A stretch of DNA of 64,000 nucleotides from Tubulanus polymorphus (taxonomy: Eukaryota > Animalia > Nemertea): contig NC_134036.1 of assembly GCF_964204645.1 (NCBI RefSeq), positions 8,036,812 through 8,100,811 of the forward strand, in the 5' to 3' direction. Within the stretch, counting starts at the first letter, position 1. Every line of letters starts with the position of its first letter. The translations under genes and the position numbers were made by a program. Under the pieces are notes generated by a model. It had not been told where the DNA came from, searched no databases, and was given only the letters and a program-made list of their open reading frames with translations. Shown here piece after piece: positions 1 to 13,297 of the stretch.

Positions 1-240
1 CTGCTCCTATGTTGACGGATGCTGCTGCTCCTATGTTGACGGATGCTGCCTCTCCTATGTTGATGGATGCTGCTGCTCCTATGTTGACGGATGCTGCTGC
101 TCCTATGTTGACGGATGCTGCCTCTCCTATGTTGATGGATGCTGCCTCTCCTATGTTGATGGATGCTGCTGCTCCTATGTTGACGGATGCTGCCTCTCCT
201 ATGTTGATGGATGCTGCTGCTACTATGTTGACGGTTGCTG
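1..240. repeat. 24-bp minisatellite (GCTGCTGCTCCTATGTTGACGGAT)n, ~10 copies
   Basis: Tandem unit read directly; runs off the window start; second array at ~30850-31000. Confidence 0.95.
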
Positions 241-1560
241 CTAGAAAACTCAATTCATTCTTTCACTTTTATTCATCGTTGAAAGATTCTAATTCATTCT
301 TATATGAAATGAACACATACTCAACCATTCATATTAAATAAAGATCCCATGTTTTGATGTTGACTATTCAATCGATTTTGTTTCCAGTGTGCTATCAATC
401 TAAAACAGATAAGCAAATTATTCTAAAAAAGAAATCTTCACACTTAGGAGAAACTAACAGCAATGAATATGTTGAATACTCACCGTTATATTCTAAAAGT
501 AATCAAAAATATGTTTCCGACTTGTCGAGATATCTATCACTAGGGCGTTTTGGGTATCTACAAACGAAAACTAAAGATTGTAAGATTTCCGAACAAAAAG
601 GTCAACTATCAGAAAAAAATCAATTGAACTTGAGAAATTAAACTAGGCCTGAAATAAAAGATTTGAATACAAAACTAATTCAGTTTTTGAAGAATGGTAC
701 TATACACCTACAACAAAACTAACTACAAAATCTTTGATATGAAAGATAGTTTACGAATCCACTGATTTAAATACATTTCATGATCGTTAATCTTAATTAT
801 AATCTAAAACTTACCAGATATGTTGGGATTTTCTGACGACTTGGCTTTGGTGGGTAATCCTCAATACAGGCCCTTCACTGGTGTGCGTGCGCTAGACGTG
901 GTGGCTGGTTCTCGAATGAAGCTCTAACCAAGCGTTACTACAATACGATTTGGGTGGCGGCTATTGTGTGGAAATTCGATCATATCGTGACCCAAAATTG
1001 ACACAATGAAGTACGTGTACTAGAATATTTGAACTCTATTAACTGTCTGCTTCATTCTTTTATGGTATATGCGGGTTTAATATACCAACTTCAGCGGGTT
1101 TAGAACGCGGCTACAAGACCGAAACAAGAGGCAGGAATAAATCACATCACTCCTGTTTTAACTAACAAATACATGTATTCTAAAATAAAACGATGTAATT
1201 AGTTACTATATGCACCGGCACGAAAATTGATGGCCATCGGATCAATGTCTCTTTAATGGCAAATGTTATCATACAAAAATTTGATGATTTCAAATCATTT
1301 GTTTTGCTAAATATTGTTCCCAGTTTTATTAGGAGGCTACGGCAATTTACTGTAATCTGTATTTTGTATTCTCGACTTTGGTCGTGTCTTGGTTATCACA
1401 AGTATTTTTAGTATTGTCGATTCGTTTTATTAATTGGGGATATTTGACAGGGTGGACTGAGTATGAATAAAATAAAATGTTGAAAAGTAGGAAAATATTT
1501 ACATAAAAACTGAAGTCATCCTCAATCCTCCTTGTCAAACATCCCCCAGTAACATACGAC
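241..1560 (+). repeat. Duplicated host block, copy 1 (copy 2 at ~31055-32440)
   Basis: Colinear high similarity to 31055-32440, preceded by the same minisatellite and followed by the same 154-bp satellite. Confidence 0.9.
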
Positions 1561-3985
1561 TCGACCATTCTGAAAATACTCGAGAAAACGAAACACGACC
1601 GAAGCCGATATTAAAACAGATAAAAGAAAATTTTAAAAATTCGGAAAATATTCTCATAAAAAACTGAAGTCATCCTCAAACTTGAATATTCGTTGTCCAA
1701 CATCCCCCCAGTAACACACGACTCGACCATTCTAAAAATACTTAAGAAAAACAAAACACGACCGAACCCAAAATTTAAACGGATGATACAAAATGTTGGA
1801 AATTCGGAAAATATTCAAGCAACAAAATGCGACCATCACTAAGTTTCATGTCACTCATTTTGCTCCCAGATCTCCAGGAAATAGTTATTGATTGCTATAT
1901 TCAGTATAGTTAACTTTGATAGATCCATCAATTCGTAAATTATAAACATGGAATACTACGTGTCACACATTAAAAAACTTGGTTTGACAGTTTGTAGTAA
2001 GTGAGTGCTGTTGGTGAAACATATGGATAGATAATTAGCTAGAATAGTTTGAGCAGAGTCTGGTTAGTTCAGAAGGAAGAGTGGTGAAAAACCCTAAACC
2101 TGACAAGTCAAACAAGAGGTTTTTCATTCATATACATATACAAGACCTTGAAAGTTTCATCACGTGTGGTTTCTTTGATTTTCCCGGTATTTATGTCGCT
2201 ATTTGGTAGAAATGTCTTTAGTCCGACTGTGCACATGCACACCTCAGCCGATAGTAAAACAGATGAAAAAATGTTGAAAATTCGGAAAATATGTTCATTA
2301 AAAACTGAAGTCATCCTCACTCCTCCTGGTCAAACATTCCCGAGTAACAAACTACTTAATCATTCTGAAAATACTCGAGAAAACGAAACATGACCGAAGC
2401 CGACTTTAAAACGGCTACGGGAAATTAGTGATAATTTGGAAAATATTTACATTAACAACTGAAGTCATCATCACTCCTCCTGGTCAAACATCCCCCAGTA
2501 ACAAACCACTCGACCATTCTGAAAATACTCGAGAAAACGAAAGACGACCGAAGCCGATATTAAAACAACTAAAAGACAATTTCGAAAATTCGGAAAATAT
2601 TTATATTAAAAACTGAAGTCATCCTCACTCCTCCTTGTCAAACATTTCCCAGTAACAATTCAATTGGTCATTCTGAAAATACTCTAGAAAACGAAACACG
2701 ACTGAAGCCGATATCAAAACAGATAAAAGAAAACGTTGAAAATTCGGAAAATATTTACATTAAAATCTGAAGTTATTCTCAATCCTCCTTGTCAATCATC
2801 CCCAGTAACAAAAGACTCAACCATTCTGAAAATACTCGAGAAAACGAAACACGACCGGAGCCGATATCAAAACAGATAAAAGATAATGTTTATAATTCGG
2901 ATAATATTTACATTAACAACTGATGTCATCCTCAATCCTCCTTGTCAAACATCCCCCGGTAACAAACGACACGTCCATACTGAAAATACTCAAGAAAACG
3001 AAACAGGACCGAAGCCGATATTAAAACAGATAAAATAAAATGTTTAAAATTCGGAAAATACTTACATTGAAAACTGAATTCATCCTCACTCCTCCTTGTC
3101 AAACATCATCCTGTGATAAACCATTCGACCATTCTGAAAATACTCGAGAAAACGAAACACGACCGAAGCCGTTATTAAAACACATGAAACAAAAGGTTGA
3201 AAATATTGAAAATATTTACACTAAAAACTGAAATCATCCGCAGTCCTCCTTGTAAATCATCCCCAGTAACAAACGAATCGACCATTCTATATAAACTTGA
3301 TTAATCAAAACATGACCGAAGCCGATATTAAAACAGATAAAAGAAAATTTTGAAAATTCGGAAGATATTTACATCAAAAACTGACGTCATCCTCAATCCT
3401 CCTTGTCAAAGATCGCCCAGTAACAAACCAATTGGTCATTCTGAAAATACTCAAGAAAACGAAACACGACTGAAGCCGATGTAAAAATAGATAAAAGAAA
3501 ATGTTGAAAATTCGGAAAATATTTACATTAAAAACTGAAGTCATCCTTATCCTCCTTTTCTTACATCCCCGGGTAACAAACGACTCGACCATTCTGAAAA
3601 TACTCGAGAAAACCAAACACGACCGAAGCCGTTATTAAAAAACATGAAACAGAAGGTTGAAAATTCGGAAAATATTTACATTAAAAACTGAAGTCACCCT
3701 CACTCATCCTTGTTAACCATCCTCCAGTAACAAACGACTCGACCATTCTGAAAATACTCGAGAAAACGAAACATGACCGTAGCCGCTAAAAAAATGGGTA
3801 AAAGAAAATGTTGATAATTCGGACAATATTTACATTAACAACTGAAGTCATCCTTATCCTCCTTTTCTAACATCCCCGGGTAACAAACGACTCGACCATT
3901 CTAAAAGTATACTTGAGAAAACGAAACACTACCGGACCCGGGATTTAAACGGATAATAGAAAATGTTAGAAATTCGGAAATTATT
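1470..3985. repeat. ~154-bp satellite array (~13 diverged units, interrupted at ~1815-2260)
   Basis: CTGAAGTCATC motif recurs at 2305, 2459, 2613 and onward with 154-bp period; more units at ~20250-20490 and ~32210-32440. Confidence 0.92.
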
Positions 3986-4404
3986 CAAGCAACGAAATGC
4001 GACCATCACTAAGTTTCACGTCTGCGGCCGTTTGACGTCATTCATTTTGCTCCCAGATCTCTATCCAGGAAATAGTCATTGATTGCTATAATCAATATAA
4101 TTAACTATGATAGATCCATCAATTCGTAAATTATAAACATGGAATACTATATGTCACAGATTAAAAACCTTGGTTTGACAGTTTGTAGATAGTGAGTGCT
4201 GTTGTTGAAACATGTGGATAGGTAATTAGCTAGAATAGTTTGCGTATGAGCAGAATCTGGCTAGTTCAGAAGGAAGAGTAGTGAAATACCTTAAACCTGA
4301 CAAGTCAAACGAGAGGTTTTTTATCCGTAATAAGTATTTGGTAATTGGCATATGATGGTTTTGTCAACCGTTAATGACCAAAAGCAGATCTTGAGTATAA
4401 TGTG

Positions 4405-4487
4405 AGTAATTGGGAAAGTAGGCTTTCAGATCAGAGGTCGAAGGTCGACCACTCATCACCACAAGTAATTTTTTTTCCTTATAAATG
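4405..4487 (+). repeat. Left terminal inverted repeat of element 1
   Basis: Reverse complement of 19951-20033. Confidence 0.95.
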
Positions 4488-5005
4488 GAGAATGAACCAC
4501 AGCCAGAAAACAATAATGTCAATAAAAATCAATATTATTGTCAATATTGTAAAAAATACATCGATAAATCCCAAAAATCACGACATGAAAAATCTGCAAA
4601 TCATATAAAAAATGTAATAGATTTTGAAACTCCAGAAAATTCCAATGAAAGAAAAGAACGATTAGAAAATATGAATGTGGATGAAATAAAATGTGAAGTT
4701 TGTAATGAATTTATAGTAAAAGGGAATTATAATAGACATCTCGAATCACAAAATCATTATAAAAATTTAAATAAAAATGTTTTAGGATCAGAATATTTTG
4801 ATAATAAACCTCAACAAGTAAAAAAATCAACTTCAAAAACTAAATCCGTTTCAAATAAACCTTACATGGAAAATGTTAGAAATTATATTGATTCACTAGA
4901 AATAAAAGATACAATTGAAATTTTAGAAACATTACATAGTAAAATTGGTCCTGAAGCTATTATATTTAGATTTTTTAAAGGTACAACAATAGAAGATTAT
5001 AGTAC

Positions 5006-6262
5006 TGATCCACAGCTAGATTTTCGTAGTATTTGAAAATGTTCGTAGTATTTAGAAATGTTCTTAATGTTGTTTCCGTATGCGTGGGGGTTACGTTAAA
5101 GCCGTCAGACAAGAACGTACTAGTGGTAAGAATTACGAAAGTTCTTGTTTGATGCTTTCATCTACCAACGCAAACCATAAATCAGTCTATAAACAACAAT
5201 TCTTTCTCGGTTCTTCTGCTGTGAGATCTGGCAAACATTCAGAAAATCTTTATATAAAACTTTTAAATAGTTGGAACCATATTTGGTTGGGTCGGAACAA
5301 TGGAGTGTATTTATAATGAGGGTCGTGAAGGGATCACGCTGATACTTGATGATATTCCCGGCTACTTTCCGTAAAAGGAAAAACCGGAAGTTTAGGAAGA
5401 TGTGGTTGTTTTGCTTATCCTGTATTAAAATAGAATTAGTTAAATTGTAGATAAAATAATTAGTATAAGTATTTCAAATAATTTAAGATTTGATAATCAA
5501 TCACAATGTATTCCGAATCGTAGTTAATTATAATAATTAAAAAAGAAACAATGAATTTGTACTGTAATTAGAAAAGAAAACAAAGTTTTGAAAAGATAAT
5601 TAATTTGAGCAATCTAGATGTTGTTTAAGAACAAATTGTTTATAATCGCTAATGTTTTAGAAAAATTAATTTGTGTTAAATGTTAAAACTAGCTGGCTGA
5701 AGTTTCTGTTGTCTGTATGCGCTCGTTGGTAATTCACAGACAATAGCTGCTCTCTCAACAACGACTAGCAAGGAGTGAGTAAATCACAACGCGTCATGAC
5801 AGGAGGGTTGGAAGGAAAAAGTTAGTTTAGCAAATCAGTTTTGAAAATAATTTTAGATCAGCGAATCATTAAGGCCAAATTCTGACCAAAACAGTCATGA
5901 CAGTAAGGTTGCTGCTCCTTGCCAAAAGTCGAGTGGGAGAGTCGGTATTTTAAGAATGCCGATTCTTTCTATAAAAGGGACCCGCATCTCGAGAGAGCAG
6001 TCAATCGGGAGAATCTGTACCTTAGTAAGACGAGTGTCGACAGCAGGACAGGAGAAGCTTCGGAACGATAGGGATTCATATAATAGGGATTAGGAAAATC
6101 ATTCTCAGGTTCAAGGTAAAGAAAATATATTATCTTCAATATTATCATCCGGTATTTCAGTTTATTCATTCGGATTTGTGCACGGACACGTTCTCTCGCC
6201 AGGGCCTTACTCAAGTATTTTAATAGATAACGATTAAAGAGAGGATTGTGACCGGTGTATCA
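5006..6262. mobile_element. Probable solo LTR (1257 bp) inserted in pPolB
   Basis: Begins TGATCCAC, ends GTGTATCA (TG...CA, 7/8 inverted); 4-bp TSD GTAC; absent at the homologous site of element 3 (~51945); no convincing coding capacity. Confidence 0.8.
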
Positions 6263-9261
6263 GTACTTTTACTGAAATAATAGAAAAAATACTAGATTTG
6301 ATAACAGATGTTGAATATCCAAAAATTAGTATCTCTGGGAAAGTAAGTTTTATAAAGTCAGAAGATAAAATGGATTATAATATTCAAACACTCTCTGAAG
6401 AAATAATTTTAGAAAAAATATTTAATGAATTTAAACGTCATATTGAAGAAAGATATTTTGAGGGTTCTGGCTTAACATTGAATGAAATTATATATTTAGA
6501 TTTAAATGTTTATAATACAAAAAGAAACAAAACATCAAAAAGTAATAAAATGTTTAAAAATGATTCAAACTTTACAACAGAAAAGGATATTAAAGCATCA
6601 TCTTATATTTAATTACCATTTACAACAAAAGCAGTAATAAATATTCAAAATGAAGATAATAAATGTTTTCTATGGTCAATTATTATTTGCTTACATCCAA
6701 CACAGGAAAATGTTTGTAGAATAACAGATTATCGGAAATATGAAACATTATATAAAATTGATCAATATCCAGTAACTATAAAAATGATTTCTAAAATAGA
6801 AAAAGTTAATAATTTAAAAATAAATGTATTCGAATTAATGCAATTACCAAAGACAAAAGGTGAAAATATTAAAGATTATACATTGGAAGCTTTATATTTA
6901 ACAGAATATTATGATGATGAAAATGCTATAGATTTGTTATATTACAAAAAAGATGAAAATGAACATTATATGTGGTTAAAAAAAATTGATTTATTCTTTA
7001 GAACAGAAAGTGATCACCATAAAAAAATTTATCTATGTAGAAAATGTTTATCTAAATTTATGACTGAGAATACATTACTAAAATATAAAGAATTATGTGA
7101 TAATAAAGATTTTTGTAAATTAATAATGCCAACAGAAAAAGATTATAAATTGAAACTTACTAATCATAAATTTAAGAATATTGTTCCATTTGTAATTTAT
7201 GGGGATTTTGAATCGTTGAATAAAGAATTAACTGATCAAGATAGAAAAGAAATATATAACAAAAAGCAATTATTAAAATCAATGGATAAAGGAAATGAAT
7301 TAAATGTAGACACCATACAAGACCCACCAATTATAAATACAATTAAAAAAGTTCATCAAAGAGCTGCTGCTTATGGAATTTATATAAAATCAAATTATCC
7401 TGAATTATATGAAAGTCAATATATTTCTTTTAGAGGTGAAAATGTAGTTAATGATTTTTGTGATAAAATGATTGAATTAGAAAGTGATTTTGCAAAATTA
7501 TTAAACAAAAATAAAAGAATAGTTATGACAAAAGAAGATGAAATTGATTTTAATTATGCAACTCATTGTTGTTATTGTGAAAAACGTTTTTATTCATTTG
7601 ATAAAAGAGTTAGAGATCATGATCATTTAAATTCAGAATATCGTGGAGCTGCTCATGAAGATTGCAATTTACAAGCTAAGAAAGTTAATTTCGTACCAAT
7701 ATTATTTCATAATTTATCAGGCTATGATACCCATCTATTTATAAAACAACTATCGGGAAAATTGGGCGCAATTAATCAAGAAATAGAAGAATATAATGCT
7801 ATGAATGGTGTAAATGTAAGAAAATATGATTTTAAACTATTAGCTAAAACATCTGAAAATTATATTTCATTTCAATTTGGTTGCATTAGATTTTTAGATT
7901 CTTATAGATTTCTAGCAAGTTCATTAGATAATTTATCAAAAAGTTTAGTTGATAATGATTTTGTTATAACTCGATATTATTATCCAAATGAACAAGATTT
8001 TAAATTATTGAGATATAAAGGTGCAATTCCTTATTCATTTTATAAAACACACAATGATTTTAATGTAACAGAATTATTAAAAGATCAATTTTATAATCAA
8101 TTAAAAGAGGAGTATGTGAAAGACGAAGTGTTTAATAGAACATTAAATATTTGGAACCATTTTAAGCTGAAAAATCATGGTGAATTAGTTGATTTATATT
8201 TAAAATCAGACGTTATGATATTGGCTGACATATTTGAAAAATTTAGAGAAGTTAATTTGAATCATTTTAATGTTGATCTATGTTATTGCTACTCTAGTCC
8301 TGCTTTAACCTGGCAATTTGGTTTAAAATATACAAATGTAGAATTAGATTTATTAAAAGAACCAGATATGGTTTTATTATTTGAAAAATCAATTAGAGGT
8401 GGAATTAGTGGTGTTATGGGAGATAGGTATTTTAAAGCAAATGATGAATATAAATTATTATATATTGACGCCAATAATTTATATGGTTGGGCAATGATGC
8501 AACCTCAACCATATGAAAATTTTATATTAACAGAAGTTGAAAATGGTGATAAAACTGATTGGGAAAGCGCAATTGCGAGTTTAAAAGATGAAGCACCAAT
8601 TGGTTATTTCTTTGTAGTTGATTTAGAATATCCTGAAAATATAAAGTTTAAAACAAGAAACTTACCTTATTGCCCAGAACATTTAACTGTAGATGATAGT
8701 TATTTAAGTGAATACCAGAAGAAAATAAAACCGAAAGATCATGTTTTTACAGAAAAATTAATACTTACTCAAAATAATAAATACAATTATATTGTTCATT
8801 ATAGAATGTTAAAATTTTATCTAAAACAAGGAATGAAATTAAAGAAAGTACATAGATATATTGAATTTAATCAATCGAAGTGGTTAGAAAAATATATAGA
8901 TTTCAATACTCAACAGAGAACAATATCAAAAACAGATTTTGAAAAAGATTTCTTCAAATTAATGAATAATAGTTTTTATGGTAAAACATGTGAAAATATT
9001 AGAAATAGAAATGATATTGAATTAGTAAATAATTCTGAAAGATTAAGACATTTACAATCAAGTCCTAGACATTTAGGAAATAAAAGATTTGAAGATTATT
9101 TAACAGCAGTTAAATTAAAAAGAACATCAATGAAATTTAATAAACCTTTATTTATTGGTTCGACTGTTTTAGAAGTATCAAAATTATTAATGTATGATTT
9201 TTATTATAATGTTTTACAACCACTTTTTGGGGAAAAGCATATTGGAATATTATATTTTGAT

Positions 9262-10326
9262 TCTGTAACAGCTGACACCCCAATATTATTAAAATGTAAT
9301 GATAAAATATTGATAAGAAGAATTTCAGAAATAATTCCAAAACAAAATGAATGTTATATTTCATATGGAGAAAAAGAATTAATACAAATAAATGGATTAA
9401 TGGATGTTTGGACAAGAAATGGATGGAAAAAATTAAAGAATATTATTAGACATAAAACAAATAATAAAATCTATAGAGTTAGAACTAAATTAGGGTTCGT
9501 AGATGTTACAGAAGATCATAGTTTAATTAAACGAAATGGCGATGAAATAAAACCAACTGATATAAAAATTGGAGATGAATTATTACATAAAAGATTTTTC
9601 CAAAGAATGAATCATATGTCATTTGATGAAATAATTGATAATATTTATAATATAGAACCCGAAACATTAGAAGAAAAAGAATATTTTATCAAAGGATTTT
9701 TCATGGGTGATGGTTCAGCAGGTGTGTATAATTATGTTAATCGCACTCAATATTGCTGGTATTTATGCAATCAAGAATTAAAATTATTAGAAAGAATTAA
9801 GAAATTCTGTGAAGAAGTTTATTCACATAAAACATTCAAAATCATAGATGTTATGAAATCATCGCAACGTTATAGAATACATGTAAATAATCCTAAAGAT
9901 TTTGCTATAAAATATAATAACGAATTCTATATTCATGCAATAGTGAAAAGTAATACTTCAACTAAAGAAAAGATAGTTCCAGATTATGTATTAAATGCAA
10001 AAAATAATTTAAGAAAATGGTTCTTCATTGGATTCTACGCAGCCGATGGTACTAAAAGTTTCAAAAACCGCAAAACAATATCTTTAGCTCCAAAAGGAAA
10101 AGTTGCTATATCAGGATTAAATATATTATGCAATTCATTAGGTTTTAATATGAATATTGGATTGATTAAATCTAAACCAAATTGCTTTAATTTAAGCCAT
10201 GTAGAAAATGAGTTAACTGAAGAAGTTAAAGATTTATTTGAAATATATAACCCAACAGATTATGTTTATGATTTATCAACTGAAGATGGTACATTTAACT
10301 GTGGATTTCCATTAATAGCCAAAAAT
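9262..10326 (+). mobile_element. Intein (355 aa) with LAGLIDADG homing endonuclease, in frame in pPolB motif C
   Basis: YFD|SVTADTPILL...DVTEDHSL...GFFMGDGS...GFYAADGT...YVYDLSTEDGTF...IAKN|TD; removal restores YFDTD as at 37674-37691. Confidence 0.95.
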
Positions 10327-10778
10327 ACTGACGCCTACATACTAAAAATCAAAACAAATGACATAACAAAAGACTTAAAAACATTAAAACATCATTTTGA
10401 TTTTAGCAATTATCCCAAAGATCATGAACTATTTAGCAATGATAATAAAAAGATTCCTGGTAAATTTAAAGATGTATTAGGGGGTGATGAAATGATTTAA
10501 TTTGTTGGGATAAGAAGTAAAATGTATAGTTACAGAACAAAAGATCATGAAGCTAAAAAGTTAAAAGGAATAACAAAACATGTGGTTGATAAACATATAG
10601 AATTTCAAGATTATATAAAGTGTTTATATAAATCAATTGTAATGAAACACAAAATGAATTGTTTAAGATCAGAAGATCATGAGATGTACATTAATGAAGT
10701 TGAAAAAACTAGTTTAAATCCATTTGATGATAAAAGGCATATTTTAGATGATGGTATAAAAACATTACCTTATGGTCA

Positions 10779-12095
10779 TTAAAACATAAAATCAATATCA
10801 TCATACTCGAAATCACTATTGGCTTCTTCATTTTCATTTAATTGTTCAGGTTCTTCTTCCATTCCATTTTTCTCATTTAAATAAAGTTCTATCTTGTTCC
10901 ACATTTCATCTCGCTCTCTTTGTTTCTTTTTGTTTGTTAATTCATCAAATGGAATTATAATATCTATGTTTAAATAATTTACAATCTTATTTAAAAAGAA
11001 TTCATAATTTATTGAATCTGTTATTCTATTTTCTAAATGATACATTAATATTTGTTTGATTATTTTTTTTATATTTTCCGTATCTTCTGATAATTTAGGT
11101 TTTTCATAATAATCGGTAAATAATAAATATAAATACATTTTCTTTTGTTTTGTGTTAATTAAATGTTGACGGAATAATTGTATTTATAATATCTTTTTTA
11201 GTTATTTCACCATTTTTATTTTCTATTATTTTCATTTTTTCAAGCCATTGCATATATTCTGGTGTATGATCTTTCATAGAAAATATTTTAAAAATTTCAT
11301 CTAGATAATTTAATTTTGGATCTATGAGAAAATCTCTAGTTTTTTCTTCACCCAATAAATTTGTTGCCATCCACATTCATTACAAAATAACACAGTACCT
11401 TCTTGTCTTAAGGTCGCATAACTACATTGTGGACATTTTCGTTTATAATTTATTGGTAATATATCTTCATTAAGCTCCTGGTATTTTCTTACGTTTTCTT
11501 TATGTTTTATTGTTCTATTATGTAGATTTGAATTACTTGTTGTAATAATCAATTTACAATATTTACAATAATATGTTTTTCTTGTTAATTCATTATATTG
11601 TTTTTCTAACTTTTCAACTGTTTCTTTATGATCTGGTTACGTTTTCTCATATTTTATTTTTTCTAATAAATTATTTTTTCTTTCATTGAATTCAGTTTCA
11701 AATTTATTAGAAATTTTATCTATATGTGCTTTACGAAATTGATGATTCTCCCAATCTTCAATATTTTCAGGGCTATATTTTATTCGACAAGGCTCGCAGA
11801 AATGATCTTTTATATTATCCTTATCATAGAATAAGAAAGGTCTTTTCCAAATAACTTCAGGTTCAACTTCGGCAGAATTACTATTACTTTCATTACTATC
11901 AACATTAGCCGTTGCGCCATTAATTCTACACTTCTCTGAATGTTTTTAAACATAATTTCTTGAGAATAATTTATAACATTTTGGGCAGTTTATTTTAGGG
12001 GGTTTATAATTTTCATCATGTTTTTTCATATGTCGAGCCATATTACTTTTTCTTAGAAGTTCACCACAAATTTCGCATGCTATCTTCTCATCCAT
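10779..12095 (-). pseudogene. Zinc-finger plus VLTF3-like late transcription factor gene, frameshifted
   Basis: Fragments 10779-11138, 11155-11376, 11322-11552 and an upstream C2H2 part are colinear with 56494-57805; CxxC-x13-CxxC ribbon and SINYEFFLNKI...KKQRERDEMWNKI. Confidence 0.65.
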
Positions 12096-12163
12096 TTATT
12101 AAGGAAAAATTTTATTAAAATTAATTTTTAGTGATGAGCGGTAATTTTTTTATGTTATAAATA

Positions 12164-12922
12164 ATGGTAGAATTAAAAGAATACAGAATATTTGTTGATT
12201 CAAGAAAACTTACAAATTATAAATCTCATAATTTACTAGTACAATTAGATAGAGAATTTAAGAATTGTGTAGATTTAAAATTAGTTAATATAAGTTTATG
12301 TAATTCTATTTATAATATATCGAATAAAACTATTGAACATAATACTTTTTTAATTCATATTAGAAATATAAATAAATGGTTTCATCTATTTCTAAGACCA
12401 GGATTATATAATTTAGAAACATTAGCTCAAGAAATTAATCGTAGAGCACGGTTGAAAATTAGAAAAGATGATGAATTTTTAATAAGATTTATAAAAAGTG
12501 ATAGCTCAAATAAAATTAAAATAAAGGTATTTGATGAAAGTCAACATGCATTTATAGTAAAAAAACCATTAGCTAAATTGCTAGGAATTGCACCAGATGT
12601 TGTTACAGTAAACGTAGAAGGCATTTCAAATATAATACCTTTTACACACTTTTATATTTATTGCAATTTAATTGATCCTACAAAAACATTTGAAGCAACT
12701 AAAGATACAACATGTAATTCTAGTATATTCAATATTTTACCATTGAAGAATGTTAAACAATTTGGAGCGCAAATAAATTATAATTTAACAGAATGTGATT
12801 TCAAACCTTGTATTCCACATTTCAATAATTTTGAATTAGAAATAAGAAATCATAATGGTTATTTAATTGATTTGAATAACTTTCCTGTAATATATGAATT
12901 AGTTATAAGATGTAGAGAGTAA
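12164..12922 (+). CDS. Minor capsid protein (penton)
   Basis: 252 aa; IFVDSR, PGLYNL..LA.EIN, LAKLLG, FYIYCNLI, LEIRNHNGYLIDLN pattern typical of Polinton/virophage pentons. Confidence 0.8.
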   Translation: MVELKEYRIFVDSRKLTNYKSHNLLVQLDREFKNCVDLKLVNISLCNSIYNISNKTIEHNTFLIHIRNINKWFHLFLRPGLYNLETLAQEINRRARLKIRKDDEFLIRFIKSDSSNKIKIKVFDESQHAFIVKKPLAKLLGIAPDVVTVNVEGISNIIPFTHFYIYCNLIDPTKTFEATKDTTCNSSIFNILPLKNVKQFGAQINYNLTECDFKPCIPHFNNFELEIRNHNGYLIDLNNFPVIYELVIRCRE

Positions 12923-12938
12923 TTTTTTCATTATATAA

Positions 12939-13297
12939 ATCATTTTATAACTGTTGGGCCGAGCATATGTTTTGGATTTGATTTTAAACGTGAGAAAGAA
13001 ATGAAATTTAACATTACTGATGTAATTACACATATTAAAAATATTGCATTTTCTAATGAAACAACATGTTAGTATGAAACAACAATAGATAAAGAAACTT
13101 TAAATGTAGAAAAGATTACTAATTTAATTAGAGAATCTTTAAGATTTTATGAATTAGATGAAGATTTTATCATCGATGATATTAAAAAAATAATAATTGA
13201 AATATATACAAATGAAACTAGTAATGAAATAAATGTTGAATTAATCCTAAATAAGTTAACTAAATATTTTGATGATAGTAATTTTTTTGATAAATAA
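12939..13297 (+). pseudogene. Hypothetical protein, disrupted copy of 58643-58999
   Basis: Near-identical DNA but start codon lost and internal TAG. Confidence 0.8.

Larger units (their letters stand above)
4485..10782 (+). pseudogene. Protein-primed family B DNA polymerase (pPolB) with N-terminal zinc fingers, OTU-like domain, endonuclease-VII-like insert and intein; disrupted
   Basis: Motifs PFVIYGDFES, FHNLSGYD, YLKSDV, YIDANNLYGWAM, KLMNNSFYGK, YFD|TD, KKLKGI; RDHDH..YRGAAHEDCNL; NEDNKCFLWS. Broken by the 5006-6262 insertion and stops at ~6610 and ~10498; colinear with 51426-56497. Confidence 0.95.

Noticed and set aside
9-341. Repetitive ORF (MLTDAAAP)n, also 30843-31094
   Set aside because: Translation of a 24-bp minisatellite that lacks stops in several frames; no evidence of coding
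2108-3616. Short ORFs in the 154-bp array
   Set aside because: Chance frames in satellite DNA; the unit length is not a multiple of three
5080-6214. ORFs within the 1257-bp insertion as a transposase or intron-encoded protein
   Set aside because: Short and motif-free; the TG...CA ends and 4-bp TSD fit a solo LTR
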